Of a DNA stretch of 64,000 nucleotides, positions 18,722-28,116 are shown one piece after another. Below the pieces are notes generated by a model, which saw only the letters and a list, made by a program, of their open reading frames with translations, did no database searches and was not told the origin of the DNA. The stretch comes from a virus. Every line of letters begins with the position of its first letter. Position 1 is the first letter of the stretch. Position numbers and translations under genes: made by a program. The stretch covers positions 10,424 to 74,423 of the IMG/VR virus record IMGVR_UViG_3300036823_000301; one strand, given 5' to 3'.

Positions 18722-19147
18722 CTACTTAACCGATTGCGCGATAACTTTAACGATCTCATTTCCGTAATGAGAGACGATAGCCGACACGACAGCGGAGGCT
18801 GCACATAAGATGCCAGCGGCAACCTTCCAACTACCTTTCCAGGTTTGGATCGTGACCTCATGACTGTCTACACGTTTCTGCAATTCTTCAAGATCACCGT
18901 CGATGTGTCCAATTTGTTCTTGAAGTTTGCTGAAACGTTCGTGCAATGTTTTGCGAAATTCAATAAAAGTTGCATTTAATTCAGTGCTAGAGGCCAAGCC
19001 GCGATCACTGCGTTCGAGGATTTTTTGTAGGTCGGAAGCAGTTTGCAAATTGGTCGCGGCCTGTTGCTGTGAAAAGGCTCGCAATTCACCGATCACGGTC
19101 GATATTTCGCTGAGATCTGAATTGCGAAACATGGAGCCTATTGTCAA
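18722..19147 (-). CDS. Coiled-coil protein with C-terminal TM helix (lysis-cassette associated)
   Basis: Heptad-rich body followed by WKVAAGILCAASAVVSAIV. Confidence 0.7.
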   Translation of the reverse strand: MTIGSMFRNSDLSEISTVIGELRAFSQQQAATNLQTASDLQKILERSDRGLASSTELNATFIEFRKTLHERFSKLQEQIGHIDGDLEELQKRVDSHEVTIQTWKGSWKVAAGILCAASAVVSAIVSHYGNEIVKVIAQSVK

Positions 19148-19177
19148 TCTAAGTTACCTAGTCCCCATGACACAATT

Positions 19178-19342
19178 TTAATAGAATCGGTGCCCCAGTA
19201 AGGCTAAAATTAAAAAGATGACAACTACGGTTATGATGATACCACCAAAGGGTGCTCCACCATAGTAGCCGGCATTGTAGCCATAGAATCCGCCGCCGCA
19301 GAGCACGAAAATAAGAACGATTATGAGGATGAGGCTAAGCAT
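19178..19342 (-). CDS. Small two-TM Gly/Tyr-rich membrane protein (DUF3309-like), 54 aa; not in the ORF track
   Basis: Manual translation MLSLILIIVLIFVLCGGGFYGYNAGYYGGAPFGGIIITVVVIFLILALLGHRFY*; overlaps the stop of the upstream gene. Confidence 0.75.
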   Translation of the reverse strand: MLSLILIIVLIFVLCGGGFYGYNAGYYGGAPFGGIIITVVVIFLILALLGHRFY

Positions 19343-20117
19343 GCCGGTGTCCTGTCATTTTCATAGATGACATAAGAGATTCAAGATCTGCGACGCTCAT
19401 GCCAAGTGGTGTTTTACCGGTAGTATTGACCCAGTTTGGGTCCACCAGACCGTAAGCTTCTTCCGTTTGTTTTTGGAAGAATTCCCACGTCATCTGATAC
19501 TTCTGGCCCCAGCTGATCAGATTGACATACTGAGCATCATAACCGGCAAGGATGACAGCATGACCACCGAGACTGGTCGCCTTCGGATCATACTGCCATA
19601 TGGCAGGGGGGTCGGCATTATCTGGCATCACATTACTTGCCACATCGAAGCCGATGTAACAAACTCCGCATGAATTGATAGTGCGCTTGATGTCATCCGC
19701 GTTACGTACGTCTACTTCGATCCAGGCGGCCAGCTTGTCCGGGCCGTATACCCCTGGCACCCCCTGAATCATCCAATCCGTGAGCACAGTCTGCTCATCG
19801 CCCCCCTGATCTGTGTTCGGGTCCTTGGGGTCGTAAGCACAAAATGATTCATAGATCTGAAGGACATCGGCATCAGGGTTAGTCAATATTTGCCCGCTGG
19901 CACCAAAAGACCACACTTGAATAGCGTGGTAAACTGCGGAGCACGTGCAACAACCCAGGGAATCATTCAACATTACGCCGAGGGCGGCCGGCATTTTGGC
20001 TAAATAGTTGACCGAGACAGGGGGAGGCGGTAGTTGTTGCCCCCCGATGAGCGCACTCATGTGCGGAATTCGTGGGTCAAATCGCCGTGGCTTACGCCCG
20101 GTCTTAAATTTCGGCAT
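19335..20117 (-). CDS. Papain-like (C1-fold) cysteine peptidase
   Basis: NDSLGCCTCSA (Cys), GGHAVILAGYD (His), ISWG. Confidence 0.75.
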   Translation of the reverse strand: MPKFKTGRKPRRFDPRIPHMSALIGGQQLPPPPVSVNYLAKMPAALGVMLNDSLGCCTCSAVYHAIQVWSFGASGQILTNPDADVLQIYESFCAYDPKDPNTDQGGDEQTVLTDWMIQGVPGVYGPDKLAAWIEVDVRNADDIKRTINSCGVCYIGFDVASNVMPDNADPPAIWQYDPKATSLGGHAVILAGYDAQYVNLISWGQKYQMTWEFFQKQTEEAYGLVDPNWVNTTGKTPLGMSVADLESLMSSMKMTGHRHA

Positions 20118-20928
20118 CTTCAGCCTCCGTCAGCGTAATGAGCCCCGAACAGGGGTCTTCTGGGTGGACGCCCAGCAAATTCATACCGAACTTGTAAAGC
20201 TTGTTGTAGCCAAGTGGGCGCAACACTTCCGCGAGCTCATCGACGGGAGTCTTCACCCATTCTATAAACAGCATTGGTTTACAACGCTTAATTGTCGATT
20301 TGGCCCCACTGACAACCGCATTTTCCATCCCTTCGACATCGATTTTCATGAGATCGACGCGCGGTAGGTCCAATTCATCGAGCGGGACGACATCCATCAG
20401 ATATCCCCCTGTTTCCGTCCGATCAACAGCGGCTCCAAGGTACTGATGTTCGGTCCGACGGGGATGCAGCCACAGCTCCAAGCCGCCAAAGTTTTGGCAC
20501 ACCGCTGGGTCGAGATCCGGCACGCGGATTTGCCCACGAATATCGCCTACGGCGATATTGAAGGCCATCGCATTGAGACAGTTGTTGAGCACAAGATTGC
20601 CGCACAGCGCGTAGTAGGACCAGCGCTGAGCTTCGAACGCGAACACCCGCCCCCACCCTGTCATAGAACGCGCCCAGGCCACTGTGTGCGGCCCGATGTT
20701 TGCGCCGATGTCCAGTGCCACTACGCCGTCACCATGAGCCTGACGGCGCACAGCAAGCAGCTTGGCGATCATGTCGCGCTCGGGAGCCTCATAGTTGGCG
20801 GTATCCAACAGCTCCAAGCCAAGACCATAGGTCTGTTGAAGTTCTTCGTCGGCATGCCAATCGAATCGATTGACAAGCATCGACCCCTGGTCAGTGCTGA
20901 CCAGGACAAAAGGCGACCTGGAGGGCAT
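20104..20928 (-). CDS. FkbM-family methyltransferase
   Basis: LDIGANIGPHT, AFEAQ, KIDVEGME, P.LFIE. Start placed at ATG 20928 (TGATG coupling). Confidence 0.9.
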   Translation of the reverse strand: MPSRSPFVLVSTDQGSMLVNRFDWHADEELQQTYGLGLELLDTANYEAPERDMIAKLLAVRRQAHGDGVVALDIGANIGPHTVAWARSMTGWGRVFAFEAQRWSYYALCGNLVLNNCLNAMAFNIAVGDIRGQIRVPDLDPAVCQNFGGLELWLHPRRTEHQYLGAAVDRTETGGYLMDVVPLDELDLPRVDLMKIDVEGMENAVVSGAKSTIKRCKPMLFIEWVKTPVDELAEVLRPLGYNKLYKFGMNLLGVHPEDPCSGLITLTEAEDAEI

Positions 20929-21383
20929 CAGGTTTTGCTGGAAACGAGCGACGTGATGGGTGCTGTGGTGATATAGCGCATGCCGTAACTGGCGCCGAGC
21001 ACGATCAAACCATCGATCAAACTTGTCGTGGCTTCGCTCCAGCCGAGGCCATAACGACTCACCAGCCAGCCGAGCACAGCCGCTCCAAGCACACCCCAAG
21101 GCGTCTTGGACGCGATCAACGCCTTGCCGGTCAATTGCGTAGCAAGATCCGGATCAATGGCTTTGAATTTTTCAATCAGATCCGTCAGAGAACGTGCATC
21201 ACTAACTGCGATGTCAACAAGTGAAGTGTTATATCTAGCCACGATAACCAACTCCTGTCGGGATGTAATGTTCGTCCGGATACCAGGAACCGGCAAAGAG
21301 TTTTTCCTGGTCGGAAACGGAAATACGTTGGACATGATCCATATCCACAAAATGACCTGGAGTGGATTCGCCCCAGTCACCAC
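20928..21383 (-). CDS. Putative holin (start uncertain)
   Basis: SKTPW followed by two hydrophobic helices and RYITTAPI; adjacent to the endolysin. Confidence 0.6.
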   Translation of the reverse strand: MVTGANPLQVILWIWIMSNVFPFPTRKNSLPVPGIRTNITSRQELVIVARYNTSLVDIAVSDARSLTDLIEKFKAIDPDLATQLTGKALIASKTPWGVLGAAVLGWLVSRYGLGWSEATTSLIDGLIVLGASYGMRYITTAPITSLVSSKT

Positions 21384-21783
21384 CCCACACTAAACCATGC
21401 TTTCGCGCAAGATCCCCTAGCAATCGAAAATTACCTTGCCAAGACGGCTGTCCATAATCGTCAAAGACAATATCGCAGCCGAGGCCGTAGTGATGCACGC
21501 CGACATTTTTGAGTTGGGTTGAACCCTGGCTAAATAGATATTGTTGACGTTGTGGGCTGCGATAGGTTTCGAACACCATCAATGAGTAACCAAGTCCTGA
21601 AGCATCAGAAATAATACTGTCCACCGCCGCACGGGTGACTGGCTCCAAATAGGTCGTGTCAGATACACGCGTAGTGTTCTGGAAATACTTAGATTTTAAC
21701 AAGAAATCTGTATAGAAATTTCCATTCGCGGTGGGCGCTGCCTTCACTTGTTCAATTGTACGATACATTATTAAACCTTTCAA
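21235..21783 (-). CDS. Endolysin, M15-family zinc peptidase
   Basis: ETYRS..RQ..L, HHYGLGCD, WGGDW and D.DHVQ motifs. Confidence 0.88.
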   Translation of the reverse strand: MKGLIMYRTIEQVKAAPTANGNFYTDFLLKSKYFQNTTRVSDTTYLEPVTRAAVDSIISDASGLGYSLMVFETYRSPQRQQYLFSQGSTQLKNVGVHHYGLGCDIVFDDYGQPSWQGNFRLLGDLARKHGLVWGGDWGESTPGHFVDMDHVQRISVSDQEKLFAGSWYPDEHYIPTGVGYRG

Positions 21784-21786
21784 TAT

Positions 21787-22260
21787 TTAGATATATGCGT
21801 AGGCGGCGATGCGGTGGCCTCCCGTATCTGCGGTCCAAGTGATCGCATTTGTCGTCGGCCCGATGGTGACTGTATGACCGGGGGGGATCTCCATAGAGGT
21901 CGATCCCCCTGTGTCTTGCGCGACACCAACAGGATCGACCCAGATACTCTCGACTGAACCAATCCCCTGCCCAATCGGGCTTAAAGGATTACAGATGACG
22001 ACTGTAATACCTGGTATGACCACAGACTGCTGCAAACTCTGTGGCACTGTGGAGGCAACCAGAACCAGATTTCCGGTAACGCTAATCGGTGTAATAGTGC
22101 GGCCCATCACCGGCAATGCGTGCGTACTGTCCACCGGCCAGCCATTTGATCTGGGCACTGTCTGTGGAATGACATTACCGGATGTATCCATCATCCAATC
22201 GGCCGCGCGCTGCACGCCGCTACCGTCTACAATGTCAACAATTGCTGGCATATCAGCCAT
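21787..22260 (-). CDS. Hypothetical beta-rich virion protein
   Basis: GAGG RBS; position in the late operon. Confidence 0.6.
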   Translation of the reverse strand: MADMPAIVDIVDGSGVQRAADWMMDTSGNVIPQTVPRSNGWPVDSTHALPVMGRTITPISVTGNLVLVASTVPQSLQQSVVIPGITVVICNPLSPIGQGIGSVESIWVDPVGVAQDTGGSTSMEIPPGHTVTIGPTTNAITWTADTGGHRIAAYAYI

Positions 22261-22270
22261 TTGAACCTCG

Positions 22271-22687
22271 TTAGCCCCAGATCATCGTCATCCAGGAATT
22301 TTGTGGTTTACCAAAATCGATTGACGGCACATAGGTCCAAGTTGTCGAGCTGCCAAAGCCGGCGACAGGGGGATCGAGGATGGGCCATATGGCAAATACC
22401 CGATCGATGTAAATCCAGCACTGATATTCGATTGGCAGCGTGCCGAATGGGGTCACATCGACCTTGACAAGGTAACTGCGTCCAGCTTGCCCCCCGGATA
22501 AGCTGAATTCCACCAGATCCCCAGCAACATTGAGCGCATTGATCGTGAGCTCTCCTGCCCCACTCGGTTGCACCCAAGCCTCGACTTGCTGAAGACTGAC
22601 TCCCAGGAGATCTTCCGAGATGTCCAAGCCATAAGTGCGTGTGGACCCAGGCTCTTTTCCTGGCCAACGGAGACAGCGGGAGCTCAT
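22271..22687 (-). CDS. Ig-like fibre adaptor protein
   Basis: WPGKEP...YGLD...LSGGQAGRSY.V...T pattern of phage fibre-tail adaptors. Confidence 0.65.
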   Translation of the reverse strand: MSSRCLRWPGKEPGSTRTYGLDISEDLLGVSLQQVEAWVQPSGAGELTINALNVAGDLVEFSLSGGQAGRSYLVKVDVTPFGTLPIEYQCWIYIDRVFAIWPILDPPVAGFGSSTTWTYVPSIDFGKPQNSWMTMIWG

Positions 22688-22690
22688 AGG

Positions 22691-23281
22691 TTACTCCACC
22701 ACAACAGCCGCTACCGGAGTCGGTAGGGTGGTTGCTCCGAATGGGTTGCCGTCAGCGATTAGATAAAGAGTGGAAACATGGCTGGCGATCGCACTGGCCA
22801 CTTGTAGATATTGAGAAATCGTAAACAAATGCCACGAACCGGCAGAATCCAGCATCGGATAGGTCAACGTTCCACCTGGAAACATCCCTGTCGCCGCGAC
22901 CGCTGTGACGACTGCATTGAGCCGACTTTGAGTCTGTGGATCGATTGGAAACAGAGTGGGGTCGAGATTGATGGCACCGCTGATGCTAATCGTCAGACCA
23001 GCACTGGACGCGATCACCGCAGCCTGAGAAATGCTCAAGACAGGGGGAGTCGGGGTGTACGGGACCAGATTGCCGTCCTGATCGACGCCCCAATTTTGCA
23101 AATTTTGACGACCAGACCATTGAGTCGGAGTCAACTGCACAAGAGATGCCCAGTTCGGTAAATTTCCATAAGCAAAAGCGTCTGTATCATACCAACCAAC
23201 GACGGGCGAGATCGGCGTGATGCGTGTGTCAATTTCTGCGTATTGTGGCATATCAGCTTCCAATGGCCAAGATGACAACAC
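22691..23281 (-). CDS. Tail fibre assembly protein (DUF4376-like C-terminus); likely start MPQYAE ~23251
   Basis: GWYDTD N-terminal motif and FPIDP..Q..L; directly after the tail fibre gene. Confidence 0.75.
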   Translation of the reverse strand: MLSSWPLEADMPQYAEIDTRITPISPVVGWYDTDAFAYGNLPNWASLVQLTPTQWSGRQNLQNWGVDQDGNLVPYTPTPPVLSISQAAVIASSAGLTISISGAINLDPTLFPIDPQTQSRLNAVVTAVAATGMFPGGTLTYPMLDSAGSWHLFTISQYLQVASAIASHVSTLYLIADGNPFGATTLPTPVAAVVVE

Positions 23282-24914
23282 CCATGGTGGCAGCTACTTG
23301 ATAGGCTGTGGTTACCTGCACTTGAGAAGTAGAAAATGGCTCAACACAAATGCTACCGGGGTTGTTCGCTTGCGGTGGACTGTTTCCCAGAAAACTCACG
23401 ATTGCACCCAGATTGTTATTAGGAAACGCAACCGGAAGATTGATTAGTGTTGAAACTAATCCACCACCAGCCGGCACTGATGCCGATACCCATTGATGGA
23501 TCAGGCCGGATGGTTGACGTTCCCAGCCAAAATTAATCGCAGAAAATGTTGTGGTCCAATCGCTTATAATCGGGCATTGATTAATATCACCCTTATTCAA
23601 GGCGCCTACGGCAGATCGGACTTTGCCGCCAGATGTGATATCGCTGCTGGCAGTTACGACACCCGTAATCGCGGCACCATTCAAGATAGTGACACCGCCG
23701 GCAATGCCAACATTACCGCCTAATGTGGTTCCAGCGCCCGTGAGATCGATGTTGACAGCGCCTGTTGTCAAAGACCATAGGAATGGCCGGAAACTGTTTG
23801 GAACCCCAGTCGAATTGCCATTGGCAGTTTGTAGTAAATAACCGAATTGTCCGTCGTTACGAAAACCTATACCATAGCCAGCATCAATAGCGCGAAAATT
23901 GAAACCACCGGAATCAAATCCGTTTGATGTCATACCAGTTGTTGAACTGACGGAGGCCAGCGTGGTTATGTTGCCAGATGCGGCGATTCCCCCCTGTACA
24001 ACGATATTCCCCCCAAAATTGACACCAGCGCCGGTATCATCGATACGCACCGCACCGGTTGTGAAAATCCAGTAGAACGGCCGGAGCGTGGTATATTGGC
24101 CAAATTGATTGCCGGAGGCGGTCTGGAGTAAGTAGCCACCGACCCCATCATTACGAAAACCAGCGCCAAAATTGCCAGCGATCGCCCGCAAATTGAGACC
24201 ACCAGCATCGACCCCTGTGGTCAGGTAGCCGGTCCCCGCGCTCACTCCTGCCGTTGCGACCAGAGAGTTTGCTGTCGCACTGGTGGCTACTGTAATCGAG
24301 GATTGGAATGCCGCAGATGTGGCGAATATTTGTGATTGAGTCCACGTGTTCGCTTTTAGATTCAGCGGCCCAGTGACAGTAGACATTAGCTCATAACTGA
24401 TGCCATCAAATAATATGATCGCAAGTGAATTTGCAATTAATTGATTGTTTGACAAAATTGAACCATCAGGATTGATGATTCGAATAGCGCCGAGCGCATT
24501 CACATTTAACGTCGCCGTGCCAGTGTTGCTGTTAGCAATTTTGACAATAATTGGCGTGCCGCTTAAACCAGACAGGAGCCCGGTGTATTGAGGTAGATTG
24601 ATAACAAGATTATTCACATTTCCAGTATCTTGAGCGAAAAACCGACTCTGTGTATGAAACAGCGCTAAAAAGTTCTGCTCGATTGTTTGAATCGTGCCGT
24701 CGTCAATAACGTCAACATCAAGCACATCTGAGATCGCTTGTGCAATCGCAGCAGTTATGATCGAGCTTTGACGCCAAACCTTATTCAACTGATCGGCAAA
24801 AGCCGTGCCCTGGCTGAACCCTACAGGCAGCCAGTTAGAGGCGAGAAAGTCGCTTTGACTGACAACGTTAGCGTCGGCAGAGCCGGCGAAAGGAGCGAAG
24901 TCCTGCTGTGGCAT
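23253..24914 (-). CDS. Tail fibre protein
   Basis: N-terminal DF.PFA....ANV.SQ...QLNKVWRQSS baseplate anchor; two G.GFRNDG..GYLLQT..RPF repeats; C-terminal GW...PSGLIHQW...LPVAFPN domain. Confidence 0.88.
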   Translation of the reverse strand: MPQQDFAPFAGSADANVVSQSDFLASNWLPVGFSQGTAFADQLNKVWRQSSIITAAIAQAISDVLDVDVIDDGTIQTIEQNFLALFHTQSRFFAQDTGNVNNLVINLPQYTGLLSGLSGTPIIVKIANSNTGTATLNVNALGAIRIINPDGSILSNNQLIANSLAIILFDGISYELMSTVTGPLNLKANTWTQSQIFATSAAFQSSITVATSATANSLVATAGVSAGTGYLTTGVDAGGLNLRAIAGNFGAGFRNDGVGGYLLQTASGNQFGQYTTLRPFYWIFTTGAVRIDDTGAGVNFGGNIVVQGGIAASGNITTLASVSSTTGMTSNGFDSGGFNFRAIDAGYGIGFRNDGQFGYLLQTANGNSTGVPNSFRPFLWSLTTGAVNIDLTGAGTTLGGNVGIAGGVTILNGAAITGVVTASSDITSGGKVRSAVGALNKGDINQCPIISDWTTTFSAINFGWERQPSGLIHQWVSASVPAGGGLVSTLINLPVAFPNNNLGAIVSFLGNSPPQANNPGSICVEPFSTSQVQVTTAYQVAATMGVVILAIGS

Positions 24915-24923
24915 TATTAATCC

Positions 24924-25460
24924 TTACGGTGACACTTTTTGAAATTGTGTGCCGTCATAAATTAATTGTATTATGCCCCCGGCAGCGATTGCTGAATTAC
25001 CAAGCGCACTTAATGTGTTGGTCGTTACGGCGGCCCCACCTAAGCTATTGACATTAATGGTAGTTGCGCCCGTATTAGTCGCCGCTACTTTAACACGAAG
25101 CGGCATCCCAATCATCTGTGACAAACTAGAAGGTGGTGGACTCAGAGTTACGACGATGGTGTTGGTCGTTCCAGCGTCCACAACGTATAGGTTAGGTTCC
25201 CGTAGAGCGGCAACAAAGTTATGCTCGATCGTCGTAATCGAGCCGTCGTCAATGACGTCTACTTGGCTAATATCCACAATAGTCTGTGCAATCATCGAAG
25301 CGATGATGCTCGCCTGTCGCCAGACTTTGTTGAATTGTGCCGAGCTGGAAATACCTGACGAGAAACCAGAGTTAATAAATGTCGCTGTTGCATACTCAAG
25401 TTGTGAAATGACGTTGGCACCTGACTCCGTCGCAAAGGTTTTGAAATCATTTTCTGACAT
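24924..25460 (-). CDS. Short paralogue of the tail fibre (anchor + one domain)
   Basis: MSENDFKTFA...ANVISQ...QFNKVWRQAS aligns with the N-terminal ~180 aa of the next gene. Confidence 0.8.
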   Translation of the reverse strand: MSENDFKTFATESGANVISQLEYATATFINSGFSSGISSSAQFNKVWRQASIIASMIAQTIVDISQVDVIDDGSITTIEHNFVAALREPNLYVVDAGTTNTIVVTLSPPPSSLSQMIGMPLRVKVAATNTGATTINVNSLGGAAVTTNTLSALGNSAIAAGGIIQLIYDGTQFQKVSP

Positions 25461-25651
25461 TATTCATCATCCTCGCTTATAAGACCGCGTTTAATGAAAA
25501 CGCCACGCAGACACGAATAAATTTTCCACCATGTCCGCCAACGCTGCATATGTTCGACCTGTCGAATGAGATCCGCATGACCCTTTATAGCTGACAAGAC
25601 CTTGTTCTTGAAGTGATCTTCGGCGTCCGTCACATCGACAGAATCGCACAA
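25460..25651 (-). CDS. Small hypothetical protein
   Basis: Overlaps both neighbours; composition unlike structural genes. Confidence 0.4.
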   Translation of the reverse strand: MCDSVDVTDAEDHFKNKVLSAIKGHADLIRQVEHMQRWRTWWKIYSCLRGVFIKRGLISEDDE

Positions 25652-28116
25652 GAGAGCGCAGGAACGGTAACAGAAGCCGTCAGGCCGCCTGTAACGGCTA
25701 CGGAAGTGACTGTGCCAGGAGTGTTTTGGACAGGGGAGCCAGTGGGGGTTGCCGTTGCGCTTCCCAGACTAGAGCTCGTGGGATAAGACCAATATGCGGC
25801 GGTGCCATTACCGGTTGAATTCACAGGCCAATGTGAGAGTGCGATCTGACCTGTGACCGCCGACCCCCCTGGATTAACGATTGCAACTCCAAATTTCGTG
25901 CCTGATTTAACACCCCACGCGATCAAACTTCCCCCTGTCCCAGTCGAAGAAGAACCAACCATCGTACCGGGTGTTGGAATTGAAGAAATCAAACGTTGTA
26001 TGGTGTAGTATTGAGGATACACATTGAAACTGCTATCGATTAGCTGATATGCGGCACCCGCATCATCCATAATATCCCAAAGACCCATCCACGCTGGATT
26101 CCTTGTTGCGGTAGAAGCGAAACCCATCGTTGCCGATACCAAAAGTGCCGCACCGGCTGATGTTCCAGCACGGAGATCGGAGAATGACGCCCCGCATTCG
26201 TTGTTATATTCACCAAGAAATACGGGAGCAGTTGCTAAATAGGTGCCGTTAAGATTACCTTGTGCTGTTGGCACTAAAGTTTGATAAGTCGGAGTCTGTA
26301 TGTTGCCGGTTGTACTCTTATTGCCTGCACACATTTGCGCATTTGTCGGTGTAGCTTCTTGACCTTGACAGTAAAAATATTGATGAAAATTCAAATAAGC
26401 TAAGCTAGTAATAGTGTTCGCATTGATAAAACCGGTGTCGAATCCGCTTGGATTATAACCCGCGCTAACCGGTCCGCCAACTTTAAAACTTGCGTTGGTT
26501 TGACGGTATCCAGCACTCCCAGCGGCAAATTGTGCAGTGTAGTTTCCAGGTAAATTCGGTTCGTTGTTAACTTCCCAGTAGTTGCATGGGATCGTGCCGT
26601 TGGCTACCCAGAAATCTGATACTGCTTTGAATTGAGCTTGCGTCGTATAATTGCTGCCTATGATAAGTGTACAGGTGCTCGGGAACATCGCGCTAGCTTG
26701 TGTCGCGAAGGCCGACAAATTGCTGGCGGCAGGTTGACTATCTGACCATCCACTGTGCAGCCGGAACAGGGGGAGATTGAGTGCTCGCACTAAGTTTCGA
26801 AACGTCGCGTTGCTAAGATAGGCCCAGTTATTGTTCGCTAGGCCGATGCCAGATACCCCGAAAATCTGTGGCTGAATCGTGATGTTCGACCCACCAGCCG
26901 GATTAGTTAGATTCGTGAAATCGACATTGACGAAATTGCCGGTCACAGAGGGGCCGACAGACGGTCCGGAGGACCCGACGATGCTGAAAGTCGTCGGCCC
27001 CAGTGGGCTACCAACAGCTCCGGCGAGCGTTGCTGTGACTCCCAGACTGTAAGTTCGTGCCGCTGTCGTCTGCGAGGTGACAATTGTCGCTTGATCAGAG
27101 TTGACGGCAAAGAACGCCGCATCCGTCCCCGATAGAGTCAGGGCTCCCCCTGTCCCAGGAAATTTGTTGGCTGGTGTCGTACCAATGGTAACCGTCCCCA
27201 CGGTGATCGGGGACGTCCCTACCGAGAATGTCAGGGGGGACAGTGCTGCTGAGTTGAGGCTGACCTGATTCGGATTTGTGATCTGAAAAACGTTTGAGGT
27301 TGCCGTTACTGTGGTCGCGTTGGCGTCCCTTACTGCGACCACAGCATTCGAGATGACGGTTGCCTCTGATGGGTGGATGAATGAGAATGAGGTCGTGTTG
27401 ACATTAGATCCGGCCGGCAAAGCGAGCCATGTGCCGCTTCCGTTGTCCATGTATTGCAGCGTCGGTGCCGTTGCATAGTTGAAAATCGATCCTGTGATCG
27501 TCCACGCGACACTGATAACTTGGCTCACAACAGATCCGACAGATAAGGCTGGACCGACAACAACCGGACTTACGGAAACAGACCAGCCAGTCCCATTCCA
27601 ACTCCACCATCCCGGTGTGCCACTGGCGTTGCCAAGCACGCTCTCATAATATACGCGATGATTATGATAATAGAGTTGTATGACTTGTGCCGTGGTAGCG
27701 TCAGCCGTGCCATTGCGAAGCACTTGGCCCGCAAGACTGATTGTCCAAATGTCTAGCGTTGCCCCTGCCGTAGCTGCTGTGCCCGCAGTTTGGCTCGCAA
27801 AGACGATAGGGCCTACCGAATTGACTGAAAATCCTTCAACCGTTTCGGTAATTGGGCACTGAATTGCTGTCCACACCGAGCCATTCCATGTCCACCATCC
27901 AGGAGATCCGAAGCTGCTGCCGTTTGCGGCTGAGTGGTAAATGGTGTGGTTGTGATACCACAGGCATAAACAGGCCGATGTTGTGGAATCCGCTGAACCA
28001 TTGTGACTGACCAATCCGCCGCTGGTGAGTTCCCAGATGTCCAGCGACCCCCCTGCTACCGGCACTGCGCCGGCAGTTGGGCTCGCATAAATAACTTGCG
28101 AAAGTGATTCAGACAT
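25630..28116 (-). CDS. Virion glycoside hydrolase (clan GH-A, GH39/GH79-like) with two Trp-rich modules and Ig/cadherin-like domains
   Basis: WEVNNEP (acid/base), KVGGP, NFHQY, FLGEYN (nucleophile), C-terminal VTVPALS beta-sandwich. Confidence 0.78.
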   Translation of the reverse strand: MSESLSQVIYASPTAGAVPVAGGSLDIWELTSGGLVSHNGSADSTTSACLCLWYHNHTIYHSAANGSSFGSPGWWTWNGSVWTAIQCPITETVEGFSVNSVGPIVFASQTAGTAATAGATLDIWTISLAGQVLRNGTADATTAQVIQLYYHNHRVYYESVLGNASGTPGWWSWNGTGWSVSVSPVVVGPALSVGSVVSQVISVAWTITGSIFNYATAPTLQYMDNGSGTWLALPAGSNVNTTSFSFIHPSEATVISNAVVAVRDANATTVTATSNVFQITNPNQVSLNSAALSPLTFSVGTSPITVGTVTIGTTPANKFPGTGGALTLSGTDAAFFAVNSDQATIVTSQTTAARTYSLGVTATLAGAVGSPLGPTTFSIVGSSGPSVGPSVTGNFVNVDFTNLTNPAGGSNITIQPQIFGVSGIGLANNNWAYLSNATFRNLVRALNLPLFRLHSGWSDSQPAASNLSAFATQASAMFPSTCTLIIGSNYTTQAQFKAVSDFWVANGTIPCNYWEVNNEPNLPGNYTAQFAAGSAGYRQTNASFKVGGPVSAGYNPSGFDTGFINANTITSLAYLNFHQYFYCQGQEATPTNAQMCAGNKSTTGNIQTPTYQTLVPTAQGNLNGTYLATAPVFLGEYNNECGASFSDLRAGTSAGAALLVSATMGFASTATRNPAWMGLWDIMDDAGAAYQLIDSSFNVYPQYYTIQRLISSIPTPGTMVGSSSTGTGGSLIAWGVKSGTKFGVAIVNPGGSAVTGQIALSHWPVNSTGNGTAAYWSYPTSSSLGSATATPTGSPVQNTPGTVTSVAVTGGLTASVTVPALSCAILSM

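Noticed and set aside
20929-21099. N-terminal extension of FkbM given by the ORF track
   Set aside because: It overlaps the holin-like gene; the TGATG-coupled ATG at 20928 is more plausible.
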